Shown here in pieces: positions 10,618-20,984 of a DNA stretch of 64,000 nt. The position numbers and the translations under genes were made by a program. Source of the stretch: Phycisphaerae bacterium (GTDB lineage: Bacteria > Planctomycetota > Phycisphaerae > UBA1845); assembly GCA_963666835.2 (NCBI GenBank), contig CAXXGO010000001.1, forward strand, positions 1,728,001 through 1,792,000. The letters run 5' to 3'. Each line of letters opens with the position of its first letter. Position 1 is the stretch's first letter. The notes below the pieces were generated by a model. That model was not told the origin of the DNA and ran no database searches. It was given only the letters and a program-made list of their open reading frames with translations.

Positions 10618-11340
10618 ATGCGCACGAGCATTATCAATGGAACGTGTTGTCTCTGCGGCAAGACAATCCCGCGTTCGCCCACGCATGCTGAGGATGGCTT
10701 GTCGATGGACCACGTCCCGCCGAAGCAGTTTCATCCAAAGCAGACTCGCAACGAAACAAACCCCAACCTCTGGACGGTACCGACCCACAAGCGCTGCAAT
10801 GCCGAGTACCGGGAGGACGAGGAGTATTTCTATCACGCCGCTTATCCGCTTGTGCAGAAGACCAACCCCGTCATGGGTGAGGTCTTTCATCGGGATCTTG
10901 CACGCCGAATTCGCAGGCCTCAGACGCCAGCAATGGTTCGGAACCTACTGCGAGACTGCCGGACGGTGACGGATGCTGGTATCTACCTACCACCTCGCGT
11001 CATCGAGTTCAACCTCGATGCGCGTCGAATGGAGCGCGTCGCGATCAAGATCGCACAGGGGCTGTTGTACCGTGATCAAGGACGCCACATACCATGGGAG
11101 AACTGCAAGGATATTCGGCTCTGCGAATCAGAAACTGATGTGCCCGAGTTGTATCGACTTTCATGGAGCGCCAAAGAGGCGAAAGTGCAGTCCGTTATTC
11201 CTCGGGTATTCTCCTATCGGCGATGCAAGTTTGACAGTATGCACCTGCTCTCAATGTGCTGTTGGGAGGCGTTCATGTTCTGCGTGCTGTTCGAGGACCC
11301 GGCCGTTCACCGTGGCCTTTCGGGCGGCGATGACAAGTAG
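10618..11340 (+). CDS. HNH endonuclease-like protein
   Basis: CCLCG...DHVPPK...TVPTHKRCN Zn-finger HNH motif. Confidence 0.7.
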   Translation: MRTSIINGTCCLCGKTIPRSPTHAEDGLSMDHVPPKQFHPKQTRNETNPNLWTVPTHKRCNAEYREDEEYFYHAAYPLVQKTNPVMGEVFHRDLARRIRRPQTPAMVRNLLRDCRTVTDAGIYLPPRVIEFNLDARRMERVAIKIAQGLLYRDQGRHIPWENCKDIRLCESETDVPELYRLSWSAKEAKVQSVIPRVFSYRRCKFDSMHLLSMCCWEAFMFCVLFEDPAVHRGLSGGDDK

Positions 11341-11412
11341 GTGCTTGGAGGGGCGGTGGCGGTGGCGTCTGTACTCCACTGCCTCGGTTGCATGAGCGCT
11401 ACTCACCGCAAC

Positions 11413-13557
11413 CTACCCCACCCGGCACGCTTTCTCCTGCAGCATGGGGTCGCGGCGGTCCAGGATTAGGAGTTCGCCGGGGTTGACTGGGGGGAAGCCG
11501 TTCAGTTGGATGGCGTCGGTTCCGCGGTTGATGCCGATCAGGCCGAACTGCAGGCCGACGACGTGCTCCAGCACGGTTACGGCTATGCCGGTGCGTTGGA
11601 TGGAATAGGCTGTGAAATCCGCGTCCGATCCGGGGATTTCGATACGCACGACGTCTCCGCCGGCTCTGATCACATCTCGGTGAGCTACGTCGTCGAAGGC
11701 AGCGGCGTCGGCGACCACCTCGACGCGGTTCCGAGTCTTCTCCCACGAGAACCTATCGCGGTTGGCGAACCCCGCTCCTTCGGGTGGGGCCGGGGCGAAG
11801 AACGGGTCGGGGCCGAACGCCGTGAAGAACTCGGGAAGCCACGTGAAGTAGCGTTCGTAGGCGCCCTTGCTATCCGGAACGACGACCCGGGTGCGGTTCA
11901 CCGGCGCGGAGACCAGGTCGATCAGCGCCGCGACGGGGGCATCTTCCGTATCGATGGCCATGGGCTCGGCGGGGGGGCGCCCGCTGCGTTGCCAGCCGTC
12001 CGGGGCCTCCCAAGGGGCAACGCTGGGGATCCACGCCAGGCGAAACTGCGAGGCAAGTTGGAACGTGTACGGGCAAGCGTACGGCTCCATGCGGACAAGC
12101 TGCTTGAACCACAGTAGCGCTCCATAGGCCGCCGCAACGTCGCCGGAGGTCAGCCCGCTCCTTACGAGGATCACTGGTTTGGGCTGCAGCGGCATTCCGC
12201 ACGACAGATCTTCGCGGCCGATCGTCACCAACTGGTGGGTGATCTCATCGATCGGAGCGTCGTCGTCATGGACGACGAAGTAGTCAAAGCGGGTAGCCAT
12301 CTCGCGCAAAACGCCGCGGAATATCGCCTCTTGGCGGGCAGGGGCGGCGAACTGCCCGACATCGGTCTGCGATCGTCCGAGGATATTGAGCAACAGGTGA
12401 ACACCCAGGACCGGCTCGGCGGCCGTCGACAGGTCTTCCTCAAGCGGGTCGAGATCCAGCACGACGAGAGCGCCGTGGGGAGTGTCCTTATACAGGCTAA
12501 TCGCTCGATCCGACGTAGATTCCTGGTCGCACATGGATACGAGCAGCGTCTCGAAACCGTTGGACTCGCAGAAACTCCGTAGCGCCGGCGAGCGACGGAA
12601 CTGGTTCTGCACAAAGCTGCCCGGAGTCTTGCCTGTGCTGCCGAAGACGAACGTGTCGTGAAGGGCGAATCCGCGCGTGGCATGGTTGGCCAGAACGACT
12701 TTGGCGTACGTGGGGTCGTCCTTCTGCTCGATCCGGCGCAGACTGACCACGGTCGGGTTGATCTTCCTGAACGCTGCGAGCGAGATCACGACGACGCGGC
12801 GGGAGGCCAGTTTGAGGAGGTTCTTGAGGCTGCGCAGACTTGCGGGCGGGCTCGGATCGGGCAACAGGATCGCGTCCGCCTTCGCATTGTCAAGCCGCAG
12901 AGCGCTGGGGGCCATCCCATGCACGTGTTTGGGGCCGAAGTACTCGGAGAGAATGTTGGTAAGCGGACGATCGCTTGCATCGGCCGAGCACACGCAGACC
13001 GTGTCGACGCCGTACGGCGAATCTACCGTGTACGGTGGGGGTGGGATGGCCGGGGCGTGGGCGACCTCATCCGGCTCGAGGATCTTGATGAACCGGACTT
13101 CGCGAATGGAGGCCGTGCCGCGCGCGTTGACCAGACCCACTGAGATCTTCAGGCGGCGGACACCGTCCGGCGCGTGGTACGTGGCCCGGATGGTAATCGG
13201 ATCAGCCGCCTTGTGAATTGCGGGCGTGACCTTCCGTTGGCCGCATGGTTTATCGTCTGCGATCGGCTGCACGCTGAGCACAAGCCCGGCCGTGTCGTCC
13301 TCGGCTACCAGGTCGCAAGTGGCGACGACTTCGACCCGGTAGTACTCTCCCGGCTTGCACGGTACGGACTGGGACCACACGGCTTTTTTGACCGCGTCAC
13401 TCGCCGTGACGACTACGCCCGCCGGTGATGGAACATCTCCGGCGGTGGGGCGGGTCCACGAGGCGGGGGAGCCGGAGGATTCGAAGACCCAACTTCGCGG
13501 TCCGGCCTTGCCATCGGTGAATTCGGGGTTGCGAACGACATTAACACTGCTGGGCAC
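11413..13557 (-). CDS. Hypothetical multidomain protein (CBM-like N-terminus; degenerate M14-peptidase-like C-terminus)
   Basis: N-terminal NVVRNPEF...W...PGEYYRV jelly-roll signature; KPVILVRSGL, WIPSVAPW and LIDL resemble the M14 fold without Zn ligands. Confidence 0.6.
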   Translation of the reverse strand: MPSSVNVVRNPEFTDGKAGPRSWVFESSGSPASWTRPTAGDVPSPAGVVVTASDAVKKAVWSQSVPCKPGEYYRVEVVATCDLVAEDDTAGLVLSVQPIADDKPCGQRKVTPAIHKAADPITIRATYHAPDGVRRLKISVGLVNARGTASIREVRFIKILEPDEVAHAPAIPPPPYTVDSPYGVDTVCVCSADASDRPLTNILSEYFGPKHVHGMAPSALRLDNAKADAILLPDPSPPASLRSLKNLLKLASRRVVVISLAAFRKINPTVVSLRRIEQKDDPTYAKVVLANHATRGFALHDTFVFGSTGKTPGSFVQNQFRRSPALRSFCESNGFETLLVSMCDQESTSDRAISLYKDTPHGALVVLDLDPLEEDLSTAAEPVLGVHLLLNILGRSQTDVGQFAAPARQEAIFRGVLREMATRFDYFVVHDDDAPIDEITHQLVTIGREDLSCGMPLQPKPVILVRSGLTSGDVAAAYGALLWFKQLVRMEPYACPYTFQLASQFRLAWIPSVAPWEAPDGWQRSGRPPAEPMAIDTEDAPVAALIDLVSAPVNRTRVVVPDSKGAYERYFTWLPEFFTAFGPDPFFAPAPPEGAGFANRDRFSWEKTRNRVEVVADAAAFDDVAHRDVIRAGGDVVRIEIPGSDADFTAYSIQRTGIAVTVLEHVVGLQFGLIGINRGTDAIQLNGFPPVNPGELLILDRRDPMLQEKACRVG

Positions 13558-13722
13558 GGTTCATCTCCACGAGTTAATCTCCGAAGATGGTATATCCGGT
13601 CGCATCCGATTTCGCAACGATACGGCGTGGTGCGGTCGCTGAGCGGTCCCGAGCGAAGGCCCTGGAACTTCGTCTTTCGGACTAGTCGCACTATCGTGGG
13701 GAGGCGATTATTATACGCGGCT

Positions 13723-14328
13723 ATGAGTGAGACTCTGGATACAAGCGAGGAGGTGGCCGCCGAAGAGTTCGAGGCGGAGGTCACCACGGAATCGATCGTG
13801 GAAGCCCTGCTGCTGTCCACTGATGTTCCTCTTTCAGCGGGAAAGATCGCCCAGCTTCTCGGCGGGGTGGATGCGGCGGATATTAAGCGAGTCGTCGAGG
13901 AGTTGAACGACCGCTACGAGCAAGCGCAGACGTCTTTCAGAATCGATCTGATCGCCAAGGGCTACCAGATGTCGACCCTTCCGGTGTTTCACCGGTGGGT
14001 TAGCAAGCTGCACAAGGTCCGCGCCGAGTCGCGACTATCGCAGGCAGCGCTGGAGACTCTGGCGATTGTTGCTTACAAGCAACCGGTTCTGCGGGCGAAT
14101 GTCGAGGCGATCCGCGGGGTAGCCGTCGGAGACATGCTGGTTCGCCTGCGGGAGATGAACCTCGTGCGGATAGTCGGGCGGGCGGAGGAGATCGGGCGTC
14201 CCCTGCTCTATGGAACGACGACCAAGTTCCTTGAGGTTTTCGGGTTGGCGTCGCTGAAAGATCTTCCCAGCATCGATCAAAACGACTCGTCCGAAGTCCC
14301 GGCGCTCAAACTGCCCGCGCAAGATTAG
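13723..14328 (+). CDS. scpB: SMC-Scp complex subunit ScpB
   Basis: LSQAALETLAIVAYKQPV...IRGV...GRPLLYGTT..FL..FGL. Confidence 0.95.
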   Translation: MSETLDTSEEVAAEEFEAEVTTESIVEALLLSTDVPLSAGKIAQLLGGVDAADIKRVVEELNDRYEQAQTSFRIDLIAKGYQMSTLPVFHRWVSKLHKVRAESRLSQAALETLAIVAYKQPVLRANVEAIRGVAVGDMLVRLREMNLVRIVGRAEEIGRPLLYGTTTKFLEVFGLASLKDLPSIDQNDSSEVPALKLPAQD

Positions 14329-14499
14329 TCCGGGGGTATTCCGGGGCGGTCCGGCCGTCGGGGGCGAGAGCATGAGTGTATGAAAGGGTCGCGTTGGAAG
14401 TTGTAGTCCCGGCATCGTCGGGGTACGATAGACATGTCTCAGTGGATCGATTCCATCGAGGCTGTGCCGTGACAGGTTAAGCGTGAGGACGTTAGTCGG

Positions 14500-14970
14500 A
14501 TGCTGCCGAAGTCGAGCGAACGCGTCGCGGAAGTCATCAAGGTCGCCAACCAGATTGCCCGGGAGTACGACCAGGAGTACGTGGGCACCGAACATCTCTT
14601 GCTGGCGATACAGCGCGAGGGCACCGGTATCGGGGCGACCGTACTGGCGAAACGCGGCATAGCTGCGGATCGGCTACGGGCGGAGGTCGACAAGCTGGTC
14701 AAGAAACAGCTTGAAGAGACGTGGGTCTTCGGGCGGCTTCCCGGTACGCCGCATTTCAAGAATGTCATGGCCTCGGCAATCGAACAATGCCAGAAGCTCA
14801 ATTCGCCGCGAGTGTGTACGGAGCATCTGTTGCTGGCGTTGCTCAAGGTCCGTGGGTGTATTGCCCAGAAGGCGCTCAAGGCTGTCGGTCTTACGTATGA
14901 TGACATCCGGGCGGATGTGATGGCGTTGACGAGTGGGCAGGACGGCGGCGGGCCGGACGCCGGCAAGTAA
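14500..14970 (+). CDS. Stand-alone Clp N-terminal (double Clp-N) domain protein
   Basis: Two TEHLLLA repeats; no AAA+ domain. Confidence 0.88.
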   Translation: MLPKSSERVAEVIKVANQIAREYDQEYVGTEHLLLAIQREGTGIGATVLAKRGIAADRLRAEVDKLVKKQLEETWVFGRLPGTPHFKNVMASAIEQCQKLNSPRVCTEHLLLALLKVRGCIAQKALKAVGLTYDDIRADVMALTSGQDGGGPDAGK

Positions 14971-15206
14971 CCCGACCATGCCGCAGGTCCGGGGCTTTGC
15001 GGGGGATGTTGGCTCGCCTGCAGGTCCCGGGATTGGGTTGCCCAAGGCTCTGTTACTGCAGGCGGGTCGGCTTCTCTCTCTGGTGTTCTGCAATCAGTTC
15101 TGTCAGGTGCGGGTTTCGGTGGCGTGTTCGTTTGTGTATCGGGGAACGAGGCTAAGTGATGGCCGGTGAATCCCACGGTGGGAAGAGGAGGCGACCATCG
15201 GGCGGC

Positions 15207-15845
15207 ATGAGCCTTCCGGCGAAGGGCTCCGCAAAGACCGCCATGCGGGAGGGCGTGTTCCGGTCAAGGCGTCTGGTGTTACGGTTCGTGCTGCTCTTTG
15301 CAGTCTTCATGGGGCTATTCGAGCTGGCGTGTGCGACTTCGCTGGTGGCGGACGGTATCTTCCCGGCATATCTTCGTTTCAACGCGCGAATTTCGGGGGC
15401 GATCATCGGGTTGTTCGAGGAGTCCCTGGAGGTGACCGGTCGGATGGTATCCTCTAACCGGTATCGCCTGGTGATCGAACGGGGTTGTGACGCGATCGAG
15501 CCCTCGGCACTGTTTGTGTCGGGGGTTTTGGCTTTTCCCTTGGCGGCGCTGCGCCGGAGGAGTGAGAATGTGCGCAGTCGGACAACGGTATGGCAGAAAA
15601 CGCGGACCGCGTTTACGCTTAAGCTGCCGGGAATACTGATCGGCACGGTTTGCCTGATGCTCCTAAACCTGGTGAGGGTGGTCAGTCTGTTCTATGTGGG
15701 GGTATATTGGCAATCGGCGTTTGACGTGATCCACGTGGATGTCTGGCAGTCCCTGTTCATTGTTCTGGCCATACTTTTCTGGGTTCTCTGGGCCGTGTGG
15801 GCTACGAGGACCGGCGGGTCCGAATGTGATGCGATTCCTGGCTAG
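15207..15845 (+). CDS. Exosortase H-like (XrtH) transpeptidase
   Basis: Catalytic triad Cys (RGCDA), Arg (NLVRV), His (IHVDVWQ); start uncertain. Confidence 0.8.
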   Translation: MSLPAKGSAKTAMREGVFRSRRLVLRFVLLFAVFMGLFELACATSLVADGIFPAYLRFNARISGAIIGLFEESLEVTGRMVSSNRYRLVIERGCDAIEPSALFVSGVLAFPLAALRRRSENVRSRTTVWQKTRTAFTLKLPGILIGTVCLMLLNLVRVVSLFYVGVYWQSAFDVIHVDVWQSLFIVLAILFWVLWAVWATRTGGSECDAIPG

Positions 15846-16446
15846 CCGTTTCATCCTCTTTGCGTTGGTCGCAGGGGCGTTTGTGGCCCTGTGGTCATGG
15901 GTGGGTGAATACTACGCGGCGACATATCACGCGGCGGGCATGCAGCTTTGTCGGACTATCGGGGCAGACTGGGTCGTCGTTCTGCACCCGCTGCCGGAAC
16001 CGCAAGGCAGGTTCGACACGGAGTTATGGCTGGGCAATCCGAAAACGAAGATCCACGGGCAACGGCAGTTGAGCACACGTGACTTGGGTTACGCTCCGAC
16101 GACGATGTTACTGGCCTTGATTTTGGCATCACCGGTTCCGTGGCGAAGGCGTTTTGGGGCTACGTTCGTTGGTCTGGTTGTGGTGCATGCGTGGATTGCC
16201 CTGGGGGTGCTGTTGTTGGTCATTAGCGGGTTCAGTCGGGGCGACGCGCTGGCGATATTCGACCTTAGTCCGTTTGTTGACCGGTGTCTGTCATATTGTG
16301 TTGAAGTGGCAACCGTAGCTACGATAACAAAGTATGCCGTTCCCACCGTGATCTGGATTCTGGTGACGTTTCGAAGCGGAGACTGGGCGCGCATTGTGGG
16401 GGATGAGAGGATGCCGCAGAGGCGCAACGACGGAGCGGCACCATGA
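15829..16446 (+). CDS. Exosortase H-associated membrane protein
   Basis: Overlaps the exosortase stop; ALILASPVPWRRR motif and several TMs. Confidence 0.65.
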   Translation: MRFLASRFILFALVAGAFVALWSWVGEYYAATYHAAGMQLCRTIGADWVVVLHPLPEPQGRFDTELWLGNPKTKIHGQRQLSTRDLGYAPTTMLLALILASPVPWRRRFGATFVGLVVVHAWIALGVLLLVISGFSRGDALAIFDLSPFVDRCLSYCVEVATVATITKYAVPTVIWILVTFRSGDWARIVGDERMPQRRNDGAAP

Positions 16447-17231
16447 GCGCCGGGGCAAAGGCACATGTTGCGGTGTGGGCGACCGCGGAGGACGGTGCCC
16501 GAGAGCGGGCCGAGGCGTTGGCTGCAGAGTTGAGATTACCGCTGATCGGTCGGGATTCGGTAATCGAGGAGCCCGAGGGTTTGCGATTGGTAGTATCTGC
16601 CGATCGCTTGGCACTCGGTACGGCGAATCTCCGGATGGGTGGCACGATTGCAGTTGACTTCGCTGCCGGCGCCGTAGGCTATCGGCGCGAGTCGGCTCGT
16701 CGGCGCCAGCCGCTCGCCCGGGCAGTAGGATTGCGCGGCGGTCCACCCTCGGTTATGGATGCTACGGCGGGCTTGGGACGTGATTCATTCCTTTTGGCTT
16801 GTCTGGGCTGTACGGTGGTGGCCGTGGAGAGATCCTTAGTGTTGGGGACTCTGTTGGAGGACGGACTTGCTCGCGCGCGATCCTCGACGGACGAGGATCT
16901 GCGAGTGGTAGCCGGCAGAATCACGCTTGTCGTGGAAGATGCTCGCGAACTGCTTTCAACAGTAGCCGAGGACGACAGGCCCGATGTGGTCTTCATGGAC
17001 CCGATGTACCCCGTTAAGAAGAAAGCGGCGTTGCCGAAGAAGGAGATGCGCATCTGCCGCCGGCTGGTCGGTGACGAAACGGATGCGGCAGGGTTGCTGG
17101 CCGTTGCGCGCAAGACAGCTCGGCGGCGGGTGGTTGTGAAAAGACCTAAACATGCTCCGCCGCTGGAGAAGGGGGTCGCGATTGAGTATCGAGGGAAGAT
17201 CGCCAGGTACGACGTCTACCACACTTTCTAG
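16443..17231 (+). CDS. rsmJ: 16S rRNA m2G1516 methyltransferase
   Basis: DATAGLGRD, DVVFMDPMYP, ARRRVVVKRP, RYDVY. Confidence 0.9.
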   Translation: MSAGAKAHVAVWATAEDGARERAEALAAELRLPLIGRDSVIEEPEGLRLVVSADRLALGTANLRMGGTIAVDFAAGAVGYRRESARRRQPLARAVGLRGGPPSVMDATAGLGRDSFLLACLGCTVVAVERSLVLGTLLEDGLARARSSTDEDLRVVAGRITLVVEDARELLSTVAEDDRPDVVFMDPMYPVKKKAALPKKEMRICRRLVGDETDAAGLLAVARKTARRRVVVKRPKHAPPLEKGVAIEYRGKIARYDVYHTF

Positions 17232-17257
17232 TGCCGGCAGCGTTGTCGGCGAGGATG

Positions 17258-17659
17258 TCAATCTTCGAATTCGACGTCGAGGGCCTCGTGCGGATTCGAC
17301 ACGCGGAAAACGGCAATCGTGTACTCGCTTTGTGGGGCGGCCGTGGCGTAGAAATACTCGACGTTAATGTGGGCGGCAGCCAGCGCGCGGGCCGCTCCGG
17401 CGAACGCCCCGAGCCGATTAGGAATGGGCACGGTGATGACCGGTATCTCGACGTAGGCGGCGCCCACATCGTTGAGGACCTCCTTGGCGAGATCCGCGTT
17501 GTCCACGACCATTCGCACTGTTCCGACGTCGGCCGTGTCGAGAACCATCACGGCCTCGATGCTTACGCCCCGCTCTGCCATGGTGTCACAAAGGTCGGCG
17601 ATCACGCCCGTCCGGTTGGCCAGGAATGCCGATAACTGATTCTCTAGGGTAGCGCGCAA
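17258..17659 (-). CDS. Tandem ACT domain protein
   Basis: QLSAFLANRTG...INVEYFY; likely TTG start at 17659. Confidence 0.85.
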   Translation of the reverse strand: MRATLENQLSAFLANRTGVIADLCDTMAERGVSIEAVMVLDTADVGTVRMVVDNADLAKEVLNDVGAAYVEIPVITVPIPNRLGAFAGAARALAAAHINVEYFYATAAPQSEYTIAVFRVSNPHEALDVEFED

Positions 17660-18017
17660 AACGGATAACCTGCTTTCGTTCGGGCCGTGCCGGGCACACG
17701 GCGTCCCAGAGCAACCCCGTCCTCTTTGAGGTCGTCGATTGACCGACGAGCCGCCCGAGGCAACCATCGGACGCATCCTATCGGTCGTCAATTGTCGTCG
17801 CAAGACACGGTCCGCAACGCAAACTTCCAGCCGACGCAGGCTTCCAGCCTGCCCGGCCGGTCGCCCGGCTCTGCCTGGAGGAGCGGGCCCCCTAATCAGG
17901 ACATCGTAGCGGTAAAGCAATAGGCAGTACGCGGCGGGTTTTTCTGAAATGGTCCGGCCGATTTATCCGTCATAAGATAGGAGGGACTACGTAAAGGACC
18001 CGTGGGAGGATCTGCAG

Positions 18018-18716
18018 ATGGGATTCGACGCGAAGCGGCGGTTGGGTGTGTTTTGGCGCGAGTGGGTGAAGCCAATCGGTGTCGTCTTGATAATCTGCTG
18101 TTCTTTTCGTTCAGCGGTAGCGGACTGGAACGACGTGCCTACCGGCTCTATGAAGCCGACGATCCTCGAGGGGGATCGCATCTTCGTTAATCGTATGGCT
18201 TATGGCCTGCGAGTCCCGTTCACTTCGTGGGAGTTCGCCCAGTTCGACGGGCCTCAGCGGGGCGACATCGCCGTGTTCTTCTGCCCGGAGGACGGCGTAC
18301 ATATGGTCAAGCGGGTCGTCGGCGTCCCTGGTGACCGTATCGAGATGCGGCGGAACCGGTTGCTGGTCAACGGAGAGGTTGCGGCGTACGACGAGCTTGA
18401 TCCCGACTTGTTCGCGGCTCTGGCCGACCAGGAGCGCGCCCAGTACCGATTCGCGACCGAGACTGTCGATGGAATGGACCATTCGATGATGGTCCGACCA
18501 GCGGGATCCGCCCGATGCAGTTTCAAGCCGCTCGTCGTGCCTGATGGCGAGTATTTCATGATGGGAGACAATCGCGACAACAGCCGCGATTCGCGGTGGT
18601 TCGGCTGTGTGAAACGCGAGTTGATTACCGGACAGGCAACGAGCGTTATCCTGTCCGTGGATTCCGACAACTACTATTGGCCACGCGGCGACCGGTTCTT
18701 CCGGGCTCTCGACTGA
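18018..18716 (+). CDS. lepB: Signal peptidase I
   Basis: PTGSMKPT, VKRVVGVPGD, GDNRDNSRDSR. Confidence 0.95.
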   Translation: MGFDAKRRLGVFWREWVKPIGVVLIICCSFRSAVADWNDVPTGSMKPTILEGDRIFVNRMAYGLRVPFTSWEFAQFDGPQRGDIAVFFCPEDGVHMVKRVVGVPGDRIEMRRNRLLVNGEVAAYDELDPDLFAALADQERAQYRFATETVDGMDHSMMVRPAGSARCSFKPLVVPDGEYFMMGDNRDNSRDSRWFGCVKRELITGQATSVILSVDSDNYYWPRGDRFFRALD

Positions 18717-18776
18717 TCGATCGAATCCGGCTCGGTGGCTGGTTATGTGAGGTAAACCGGAACGTGGCCGGGGGTG

Positions 18777-20369
18777 CTATGCCAGGGCCGGCTCGGCGTT
18801 GATGTCGGTTTCCTCGTATTGCCCACGGATCTCATCGAATTGAGCCTGGCAGCGCAGGAAAGCCTCGACCAACGCGGGGTCAAAGTGCTTGCCGGAGTCG
18901 CCGGTGATGATCTCCATTGCCCGCTCATGGGTTAAGGCCGGTTTGTAGCGGCGCTGGCTGGTGATAGCGTCATACGCGTCGACCAGGGCGATTATCCGAG
19001 CGGCGAGAGGGATGTCGTGCCCGGCGATTTGCCGGGGATAGCCCGACCCATTGAACTTCTCGTGATGGCAATGGGCGATCTCGATGCACATCTGCAAGAG
19101 CGGGACAGGCCGTGCCGGGTCGAGCGCTTGCGAGAGCACCCGTTTGCCGATCTCCGTGTGGGTCTTCATGATGTTGAACTCCTCGTCCGTCAAGGCCCCG
19201 GGCTTGGTCAGGATTTCGTCGGGAATCCCGACTTTTCCGATGTCGTGCATCGGGGCGGCTTGGACGAGCAGGTCTACGTATTCGTCGGTGATGATCTCCG
19301 TATAGGGGCCGGCTTGGCGGAGGGCGTCAGCCAGGACGCGGGACATCCGTGTGACACGTTCGAGGTGTCTGGTGGTTTCTTCGTCACGGTATTCCGCCAA
19401 GTGGCCGACAGTCTTGAGCAGGACCTTAACGGACTGTTGGAGACGCTCGCGGTGCTCAATGCTGGCCAGCGCAATCGCACCGGCGTCGGCCACGGATCGA
19501 ATGCACTCGATCTCCTCATCGTTGAACGCCCCGTTATCCGTCTTGTTGGTGAGGTTAAGGACGCCGATGATTCCGTCGCGGGTTTCCAGGGCGGTGACCA
19601 ATGGAGTGCTGAGGAATGCTTCGCTGCTGTAGGTCGTGCTCTCGTCGGGGCCGTACGCGCGGGCTGACAGAGTCTTGCCGCTGCGGAATACCTGCCCGGC
19701 GATTCCCTCGACGGTTCTGACCCTGATCTGATCGACGACGGCCGGGTCGATACCTACGGCTCTCTCGCATACCAGGGTGTCACCGGTTACGTCGCGCAGG
19801 AGCAGCGAGATCCTCTGAGCGGCGGTCATTTCCTCAACGCAACGGACGATCAAGTCGAGGATGCGGTCTCGCGAGGTGGCGAGGTTGATCTCACGCATGA
19901 ACTCGTACAGCAGTTGGAGGCGTCGGGTCTTGGCATCGACTTCGGCCTCCAGTTGGGTATTGAGCTGGTCCAGGTTCTTTTGAGAGCGGGCCGTTCTGTG
20001 TACGGACTGAACGCGGGCCATCAGCTCGGCGATGTCGAAGGGCTTGGCGAGGTATTCTTGCGCGCCGGCCTCCAGCCCCAGCACCACATCCTGCGGCTTG
20101 GAACGGGCGGTCAGGATGATAATTGGAATCGCAGAGGTTCGGGGGTCGGCCTTCAATGTCCGTGTGGTGGCGATTCCGTCAATTCCGGGGAGCCCCAGGT
20201 CCATGATGATCAAATCAGGCGTGCGCTCGGTGGCGATGTCGATTGCCTCATAGCCGTCGGAGGCTTCGCTGGCGTCGTACCCGGCCGCCTTCAGATTGGC
20301 AACCAAGATAAGTCGTAGCTTGGCGTCGTCTTCGACCACCAGAACGCTATCGTGGCGTTCGTCGGCCAT
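18777..20369 (-). CDS. Response regulator with receiver, GAF and intact HD-GYP domains
   Basis: EDD/DLIIMD/KPF receiver, GAF, MHDIGK, HHEKFNGSGYP. Confidence 0.92.
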   Translation of the reverse strand: MADERHDSVLVVEDDAKLRLILVANLKAAGYDASEASDGYEAIDIATERTPDLIIMDLGLPGIDGIATTRTLKADPRTSAIPIIILTARSKPQDVVLGLEAGAQEYLAKPFDIAELMARVQSVHRTARSQKNLDQLNTQLEAEVDAKTRRLQLLYEFMREINLATSRDRILDLIVRCVEEMTAAQRISLLLRDVTGDTLVCERAVGIDPAVVDQIRVRTVEGIAGQVFRSGKTLSARAYGPDESTTYSSEAFLSTPLVTALETRDGIIGVLNLTNKTDNGAFNDEEIECIRSVADAGAIALASIEHRERLQQSVKVLLKTVGHLAEYRDEETTRHLERVTRMSRVLADALRQAGPYTEIITDEYVDLLVQAAPMHDIGKVGIPDEILTKPGALTDEEFNIMKTHTEIGKRVLSQALDPARPVPLLQMCIEIAHCHHEKFNGSGYPRQIAGHDIPLAARIIALVDAYDAITSQRRYKPALTHERAMEIITGDSGKHFDPALVEAFLRCQAQFDEIRGQYEETDINAEPALA

Positions 20370-20783
20370 GTATCCGTTCTCCGTGTGCGGGCCCGGCGAC
20401 ATCGCCGTGCGAGTTATCGCAACCAGCTTTCCATCGGCAAGTTCCGGTTGAGACCGCATTTACAGACTGATGTGCGCTTGGGTGATGAAAACGTCCGAGA
20501 ATCGCCCCTTTCGCACTCGCGTAAGCGGCGGTGCGGCGGCCGATAGTACCCAAAGAACGCCGTGGGCACCCCGTCGAAGGCGTCTCTTGGTACTACTGGG
20601 GTGAAGCGGCGCGGTGCCGGTCGCCTTCTGCCGCTTCTGCTCGGCTTGGCGGCTACGAGGTGCGTCAGCGGGGATTCACGGTATACTCGGCGACTGCCGG
20701 AGGGAGCCCGGTGGTCGTCTCGACGGTCCGGGCGGGCTCGCATTCGGCCGGTTCCATTGGACATTGAGCAGAGGAGTCCGAGA

Positions 20784-20984
20784 ATGCCGATTAAGATCTT
20801 TGCCGCTCCGGGCGACCATCGCAACGATTTCGAAGCCGTTGAGACGCAGACCAATACGTGGCTTGCTGAGACCAACCCGCGGGTCCTGAGTATTCACCCG
20901 TTGGTCAACCAGATGCCCAGCTCGCGTGATTCCAACCAGTTCATGATGACCATGGTTGTCCACTATGACAAGACTGACGCGTAG
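20784..20984 (+). CDS. Small hypothetical protein (66 aa)
   Basis: GAGGAG RBS before ATG at 20784 (MPIKIF...VVHY). Confidence 0.6.
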   Translation: MPIKIFAAPGDHRNDFEAVETQTNTWLAETNPRVLSIHPLVNQMPSSRDSNQFMMTMVVHYDKTDA

